Shown one piece after another: positions 41,401-50,144 of a DNA stretch of 53,142 nucleotides (the first letter of the stretch is position 1; every line of letters begins with the position of its first letter). The translations under genes and the position numbers were made by a program. The notes under the pieces were generated by a model that had not been told where the DNA came from, did no database searches, and saw nothing but the letters and a program-made list of their open reading frames with translations. This DNA is from Octopus bimaculoides (Eukaryota). The DNA is taken from positions 19,000,095 through 19,053,236 of the forward strand of contig NC_069005.1 of NCBI RefSeq assembly GCF_001194135.2, given 5' to 3'.

Positions 41401-43182
41401 NNNNNNNNNNNNNNNNNNNNNNNNNNNNNNNNNNNNNNNNNNNNNNNNNNNNNNNNNNNNNNNNNNNNNNNNNNNNNNNNNNNNNNNNNNNNNNNNNNNN
41501 NNNNNNNNNNNNNNNNNNNNNNNNNNNNNNNNNNNNNNNNNNNNNNNNNNNNNNNNNNNNNNNNNNNNNATATTTAAAATTATAAGCAGAAAGAGAGGCG
41601 GTGGGTGAAAAAAATCAAACTTTCAAATGTTTTTTTATAGAATAACTGTGTTTATGGGAGGAAAAATATTAAAAAACATCAATACATGTGAGAATGACAA
41701 AAAAACGAGGAAGGTGGTCTTGGAATGTGCTAGAAACAACAACAGCCAACTCTTCCTTAAATCACAGTTTTTCCTCTGAAAATGTTAAAAATTTTTGTTT
41801 TAGAACCAAAAACATTTCCTCTCATTATTTTTAAGTGCCAAAAAAAAATAGTGAAAATCGGTTAGGTGGAAAATGGTGAGGATATGGTCTTTTTGATTGG
41901 TCTTTTTTCAAAACACTTCTCCCTGCCCCCTTGGAAAACATTTTTACACCCAAATGTTTTTATAATTGTAATTTATGCAGTTTCAAAGATAATTGTATAA
42001 ACTTTCTTTGAAAAATACCCATTTTCCTCAAGGTTATAAGGGAAATAAATGGGGTCATGTGAATTTTCCAAAACTCCTCTCCACAACCCCTCGAAATAAT
42101 TCTTTCCCATAAATTCATATATACTCCGAATGTACAGCATCAAAGCAGGATTTGTTGAAAATTTCGTGAGAAAGTACCCATTATGTTATGCAGTAACAGT
42201 GGAGGGAAGGTCTGTAGTTATGCCTGAAAACCTGTTGTCACTCCCATCAAAGCAGAATTGTTTGATCACCCTCATGCAACTTCACAATTTACTTTCATTC
42301 TTGTGTAATTATTTTCATGAATCTCTTCTTCTATTTCACAAACGAGGTTCCACTTGAACCTACAGTATAACTACAATTTCATCCATATGTAACTTTAAAA
42401 TTTCATCTAAAACCATAATAAAATCAGTAAACTATGATGACCATTCCTTAACACCTTTCAGATTCCTGTGCTGCCATCTGAGTAACTCAAACAACATTTG
42501 TTTCACCTTCCTACAATGACCACCCAAAAAGTTCCATTTCTGGCCATGTTCAAAACAATCTAAGTGAATAACTTTCAAAAGTCATAGTACAATTTTGGCA
42601 GCTTTTTTAAACCCAATTAACAATGGGTGTTTCTGCAAGTATATATATATATATTTTGTACAAGGAAAGCTTGTATATATAAATTCATGAACCTGCATAT
42701 AGTCACAGGCATGTTTAATGTGTAATGGAATAAAATTTTGTTTACATAGTCATGTAAAGCCACTTGCCAAGCAGTGGTGGAAGATAAACACAGGCACCAA
42801 AACACACACAAATATATATACATATGTATGTGTGTATTTATATGACAGGTTCCTGTTGACCAAATCTACTCACAAGCCTCTGGTTGGCCCAGAACTATAG
42901 TAGAAGCCACTAGTACAAAATTCCATACAGTGGCATCTATGTGGTAAGAACTATGTTGTGAGAAGCAAAGTTCTTACTACACAGCCAAGCCTAATACTGA
43001 TAGTCATATACACTTATGTAGTGACACAACAAGCCTGCCCTACATAATCATTTACAATATGTAAATGTGCATGTGTTTGTGTGTGTGCTTATGTGTATGT
43101 GTGTGTACAGTAAATGTCTAACCTAGAGCAGGATTTGGGAAATAAGTTACAAACGATTTCTCACACCCTTTTTTATTTATTT

Positions 43183-43228
<46 letters not shown>

Positions 43229-45551
43229 TATGTAACCAAAAGTGCCAATTTTATCAACTAATGCTAAAAAGAATGCGAAAACAATGAAAGAAAAGAAAAA
43301 AAACAAAGAAAAAGAGGCTGTTGATGAGAAACAAAATTGAGGATAACTCACTTTTCTTGAAAATCTGGGATGGTGAAAATCACCTGCATCACAGAATTCA
43401 TATAGCAACTGTTGCCAAGGTTACGCATACCCGTGCAGCCTGGCCCATAGAGGGGTGTCAGCTGACTGCCAGACTCCTGAATCACATCCCATTCACCAAT
43501 CTTCTGGTTTAAGTCTATCTCCAGCTCAACCATTGTTTTTTCTGTCTACAGAAAACAAATTTCATCTGAGAAAGGCATGAACATCACATCACAATCTGTT
43601 CCCCCTATACACACACCCACTTACTTTGTAATTTGTGTGGGACCTTGACCAAAAAGTAAAAAGATCAATATTACATGTATTCAAATAAAACCCTCTGTGT
43701 GTGTGTATGTGTGCATATGTGTTTGTGTATTTGTGTGTGTTAGTGTGTGTGTGTGTGTGAAAGACAGACAGATAGACAAAGAGAGACTATGCAGCATGTG
43801 TTTATGATTGTGTGTGTGTACATAAAAGAGGGTGGTGATCATCATCATCATCATCATCATCGTTTAACGTCCGCTTTCCATGCTAGCATGGGTTGGACGA
43901 TTTGACTGAGGACTGGTGAAACCGGATGGCAACACCAGGCTCCAGTCTAATTTGGCAGAGTTTCTACAGCTGGATGCCCTTCCTAACGCCAACCACTCAG
44001 AGAGTGTAGTGGGTGCTTTTACGTGTCACCCGCACGAAAACGGCCACGCTCGAAATGGTGTCTTTTATGTGCCACCCGCACANNNNNNNNNNNNNNNNNN
44101 NNNNNNNNNNNNNNNNNNNNNNNNNNNNNNNNNNNNNNNNNNNNNNNNNNNNNNNNNNNNNNNNNNNNNNNNNNNNNNNNNNNNNNNNNNNNNNNNNNNN
44201 NNNNNNNNNNNNNNNNNNNNNNNNNNNNNNNNNNNNNNNCCCGCACAAGCCAGTCCAGGGGCACTGGCAACGATCTTACTCGGCTTGCCGGGTCTTCTCA
44301 CGCACAGCACATTTCCAAAGGTCTCGGTCAGTAGTCATCGCCTCGGTGAGGCCCAATGTACGAAGGTCTTGCCTCACCACCTCAGCCCAGGTCTTCCTGG
44401 GCCTACCTCTTCCACAGGTTCCCTCAACTGTTAGGGTGTGGCACTTTTTCACGCAGCTATCCTCATCCATTCTCACCACATGTCCATACCAGCGCAATCG
44501 TCTCTCTTGCACGCCACAACTGATGCTTCTAATGTTCAGCTTTTCTCTCAAGATACTTACACTCTGACGGGTATTCACATTGACATTACACATCCAACGG
44601 AGCATAGTGTGCATATATATGTATGTATCCACAATGCATGCGTAGATGCATGTATATGTTTGTGTGCAATACTTGTGTAGGTGCGTGCATATATGCACAA
44701 GTGAATTGGTGAAATGTCTGTATCCACTATCCTAAATGGTCATAGCTTCTACTTTAAATGCCTTTACCCTCTATCTTAAATGTCTGTACCCACCACTCTA
44801 AATGTCTGTTCCCTTCTACCTTTAAATATGTAGCTTCTATCCTAAATGTGTATAATTATAATTTAAGCAGCAAGCTGGCAGAATTGTTTGCATGCCAGAC
44901 AAAATGCTTAACAGCATTTTGTTTGCCTTTACATTCTGTGTTCAAATTCCACTGAGGTCAAATTTGCTTTCCATCCTTTCATAGTTCATAAAATAAGTAC
45001 CAGTTAGGTGCTGGGGTTGATATCATCGACTAGTCCCCTCTTCCAAAATTTCAGGCCTTGTGACTATAGTAGAAAGGATTATTATTATTAAGACAGCAAA
45101 CGAGCAGAATCATTAGCATACAGGATAATATGCTTAGCAGCATTTCGTCCATCTTTACGTTCTAAGTTCTAATTCTGCTGAGGTTAACTTTGCCTTTCAT
45201 CCTTTCGGGGTCGATAGATTAAGTACCAGTTGAGTACTGGGGTCATAATCAACTAATCTCCTTCCACCAAATTTGAGGCCTTGTGCTTTTAATAGAAAGG
45301 ATTATCATTATTATTACTATTATTATTAGGTGGCATGCTGGCAGAATCATTAGCATGCTGGGCAAAATGCTTAGTGGCATTTTGTCCATCCTTATGGTTT
45401 GAGTTCAAATTCCACCAAGGTCGACTTTGCCTTTCATCCTTTCAGGGACAATAAAATAAGTACCAGTTCGGCAATGAGGTTGATGTAATCGGCTTACTTC
45501 CTCTCCCAAAGTTGCTGGCCTTGTGCTAAAATTTGAAACTATTATTACTCA

Positions 45552-45600
<49 letters not shown>

Positions 45601-48416
45601 AGATGATAGTACAGTAATATTGGAAACAGTAGTAATGATGGTAATGGTATGAGTGGAAGTTGCAGTGGGAATAGAATGGATAGTGGGGGTAATGGAGGTA
45701 GGAGTGACAATGATGGTAATGGTGGTAGTAGAGGTAGTAGTGGTGACAATGATGATAATATGGGCAGTGGTGGTGGCCACAGTGCAGGTGGTGCTTGCAT
45801 CTATCGTATATGTAGTGGTAGTGTTGGTATAAGTGGTAGTAGTGCTACTGCAGCTATATTCACTGCTTTTCTCCTCTTCTTGTTCTTTTAGTGGTGGTGG
45901 TGGTGGTGGTAGCAGCAGTAGCAAAATTATGAGTGGGAGGTAGAGGGTGTGATTGTGGTGTTGTGGTTGTGATGGTTTGATGGTTGTAGTCATCATTGTT
46001 GTTATGGTAATAATAATGGTAAGGCAATGACAAACTCACCTTTTGCAAAGAGGCAATGTTGATGCCAAAATGGGCCAGATGTTTGGTAAGGTATGGATCT
46101 TCTACCATGTCATCTTCATCATAAGAGTAAACATCTGCAAAACAACAATTATTTATAACTACTACAACAACAAAGTACAAACAGTTTACCTCTGTCTGAT
46201 GGTTCTGGCAAAAGAGATTGTGTAATGGACAAGACAGAAAAAAACAGAAGATGCACACTTTTCTATTCAGTGAAGCCATCTTCAACATTTTTTTAAAATT
46301 CCATTTGAAAAGGAATATGAAGGTTGATGGTTATGTGCTTACTCCCTAGTAAATTTGTTGAGAGGCAGGTGAATGTGGCAAGGATGGCCCCAGTGAACGG
46401 ACCTACTGTAAATCTGTGCCTGTAGGCTAAAGAGTATGAAAGAGAGAAGAGCATTTGCCATAATGATGATGATGATTGGTCCACTTCATACCAAAACCCA
46501 CACCAGTATGATCAGCTCTGGTTCTCTGATACAAAATCTCTTTTTAAAGAGTTGCATATTTAAATGAAAACACTAATGTTGGTAGTGTTCAGAATTCCCT
46601 GGAAATAGTTACTATTTGGTAAGTAAATATTAAGAACTTACTCTCAATTCTCTGTTTACAGATAAGAAATACAAATATGATCCAGTTGAAGACTGGAGTT
46701 GGTGAAATCATAAAATTGCTGGCTTTGCACCAAAATTAGAAATAACATTATTATTAAAATTATTATTATGTTTATGGCCATATCATGTTGAATGCACCAG
46801 TTCTTGTCCAATCACTAAAGTTAAGCAATGTCAAGCCCAGTTGGTATTTGGACGAGTGACCACTTGGGAAACCTAGGTGCTGTAAGCATCTCACTTTTTA
46901 AGGTGCTTAGCAGCATTTCATTAATCTTTAGGTTCTAGGTTCAAATGCTGTCTGGATTGACTTAGCCTTTCCTCCTTTCAGGGTCAATAAAACATGTACC
47001 AGCCAAGCACTGAGATCGATTTAACTGATTTAGCCCCTGCCCCAAAACTGCTGGACTAACGCCAAAATTTGAAACCAATATTATTATGAAGGCATCAAGC
47101 TGGCAGAATCATTAGCACACTGGACAAATAGCATTTATTCCAGCTCTTTACATTCTGAGTTCAAATATTGCCAAGGTCAACTTTGCCTTTCATCCTTTTG
47201 AGCTTGATACAAAATTACTGGAGTTGATGTAATCAGCTTACACTCCTCCCCTCAAAAGTGCTGTTCTTGTGACAAAATTTGAAACAGTTATCATTATTAT
47301 TATTATTATTATTAAAGTGGCAAGCTGATAGAACCATTAGCAGGTCAGGCAAAATACTTAACAGCATTTCATCCTTATTTACATTCTGAGTTCAAATTCT
47401 GCCGAGGCTGACCTTGCATTCCACCTTTTCAGGGTCAATGAAACAAGTACAGGTTGAGTACTGAGGTTGATGTAATTGACTTATCCCTCCCCGAAATTGC
47501 TGGCCTTGAGCCAAAATTTGAAATCATTATCATTATTATTATTATTATTACTATTATTATTAAGGCAGTGAGCTGGCAGAATTGTTAGCATGCCAGACAA
47601 AATGCTTAGCGGTATTTCATCCGTCTTTATGTTCTGAGTTCAAATTCCACCAAGGTCGACTTTGCCTTTCAACCTTTCAAGGTCAATAAAATAAGCACCA
47701 GTAGAACACTGGGGTCAGTGTTTTCAACTGGCTCCCTTCACCAAACTTGGTAGCCTTGTGCCAAAATTTGAAATTATTATTATTGCTAAGTCTTTCTCCA
47801 AAAGTTTCAAATCTCAAATCCATCCAAGTTGAATCCGGTCGACCACAACAACTTGAATCACAATATTGAACTTCTGATGGGCTAACAACAAAAACATGAC
47901 AGTGATGTTGATAGCAATGCAATTACATTGATGATGATGATATCAAACAAACCCACATTTCTACTCACCGGCACCGTCGGCTGTTATTGTACCCAGCTTC
48001 ACAGCCAGAGGGTACTTGGTTATGTTATAATAGTCAACAGCATGATTGTTACCGCCACTGCCATCAAAGAAACGGCGCCCACATAGGATGGCACCGTCTG
48101 TGAGGTTGAGCCACAAGTTAGTGGTCAGTTCACACATTTCACACTTCCAGCCAGTTGGTGGGATCTTCTTGCCATTGTCCAGCTGGAGTAGATTTTCAGC
48201 ATGTCTACAAAAAAAGGAAAGAAAAAAAGATAAGGTATTTGGTGAATGTAACACACCACACACACACATATATATATATATAACCACACAGCACTCACAC
48301 ACAAATTAACATATGAACATATGTGTATGAACACACACACACACTTTGATCTGTCTCTCACAAGCACCTACTTTGATATGCATGGCTCTTATACACACAA
48401 TCATGAAATCATAGCT

Positions 48417-48451
<35 letters not shown>

Positions 48452-50078
48452 AACACTCAGAAGCATCTGTGTAGACAAACACATACACTCACATACATAT
48501 ATACACAAACTTGCTTTGATTTCACGCATGCATTAACACAAAAGCACAATCAAAGACATGTTCAAGCCAAAAAACAAGTACAAGACAAAGCGTGGGCATC
48601 AATATAATTACCAAAAACCCTTCAAAGCAATGCTCTAGCATAGCTATAATCCAATAACAGAAACCGATAAAAGAATTACGCTCATAGCCATGACACACCT
48701 CTTCAGCAAGATACTTGTTCTGTTCCAGGCCTTTTTCTCTCCTCTCTACTCTCTGCTCTGTTCCAGGCCTTTTTCTCCCCTCCCTACTTCTTATTCTCCT
48801 AGAATAAAGCCCCCACCTTCTCACTTGGGGTCCATAGTCTTGCAAGGTACATTATGTCCTTGCTAGTGCTGGTGGAATTAGCAAGCCAATACACTGTGAA
48901 AGAAAGCAGTGCTTTATATGTAAACCTGCCCACCTCTGTAAAAACTCCAAGTCCTCTTTTGTTTATCACAGTCCTCCAGGCCATAACAGGAATTCAAGAC
49001 TGGCTGCCCTTAGGAACCCCTCTATGCTGATGACCTTGCTCTTATAGCTGAATCACTATCTGAACTAGAGAGGAAATTTCAGGTGTGGAAGCAAAGTCTG
49101 GAATCTAAGGGTTTTACAGTTAATTTAGGAAAGTCCAAAGTCTTACACAAATACTTTCAGGGAGATGGCCCTGCTTGATATGTCAGAAAGGTGTTGATAG
49201 AAACTCCATACTGTGTACCCAGTGCAAAGCTATGGACATATAAGAGGTGCAGTAGTACCACAAGAAGGTTAAGAGAGAAAGTAGTCTTTGCATGTGGCAG
49301 ATGTGCAGGTACAATTAACACTAACAATGTACAGAGAATAGACTTCTTCAAATGTCTGGGGGATATTCCTAGGAGTAGTAGATAGCTTCCATTACCTAGG
49401 CAATTAAGTTAATAGTGGAGGAAGAAGTTTTGAAAGCATAAACAGCTAGAATAAGAACCAACTGGTAAAAATTTAGAGAGCTAACAAAGGGCCTCTTCCT
49501 CAGAATGAAAGGCAGATTGTATGATGCCTGTATATATACAGCTGTGTTGCATGGCAGTGAAACATAGGCTATGACTACAGAGGACATGCAACGGCTTGAA
49601 AGAAATGAAGCCAGCATACTCCGTTGGATGGCTAATGTCAGTGTGCACAGGCAACAGAGAGTAAATGATTTAAGAGGAAAACTGAGTATAAGAGGCATCA
49701 GATATTGCATGCAAGAGAAAAGACTGTGCTGGTTTGGTCATGTGATGCATACAAGGGACCAAAACTTCTGTGATTTGCTGTACTTGAGAAGACACATCAA
49801 GTTAAGTAAAATTGCGGCCATTCATACATTCAGGTACGTCCTTTATGGCCATGCCCCCACTCCCTCTCTTGTGGGTGCTGGTGCCACATAAGAAGCACTC
49901 GTGCCAGTGCCACGTAAGTACCAGCACTGGTGCCATATAGAAAGCACCCTTTGCTTGGCATTAGGAAGGGAATCCAACCATAGAAACCATGCCAAAACAG
50001 ACAAATGGAGCTCCAGCAGCTCTCCAGCTGGCCAGCTCATCAAATCATCCAACTCATGCCAGCAGGGAAAACAGACGT

Positions 50079-50144
<66 letters not shown>

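Noticed and set aside
48040-48060. His-to-Tyr difference in the ZnF-UBP (HAVDYY vs human HAVEHY)
   Set aside because: The zinc-ligating His is the preceding NNH residue, which is intact.
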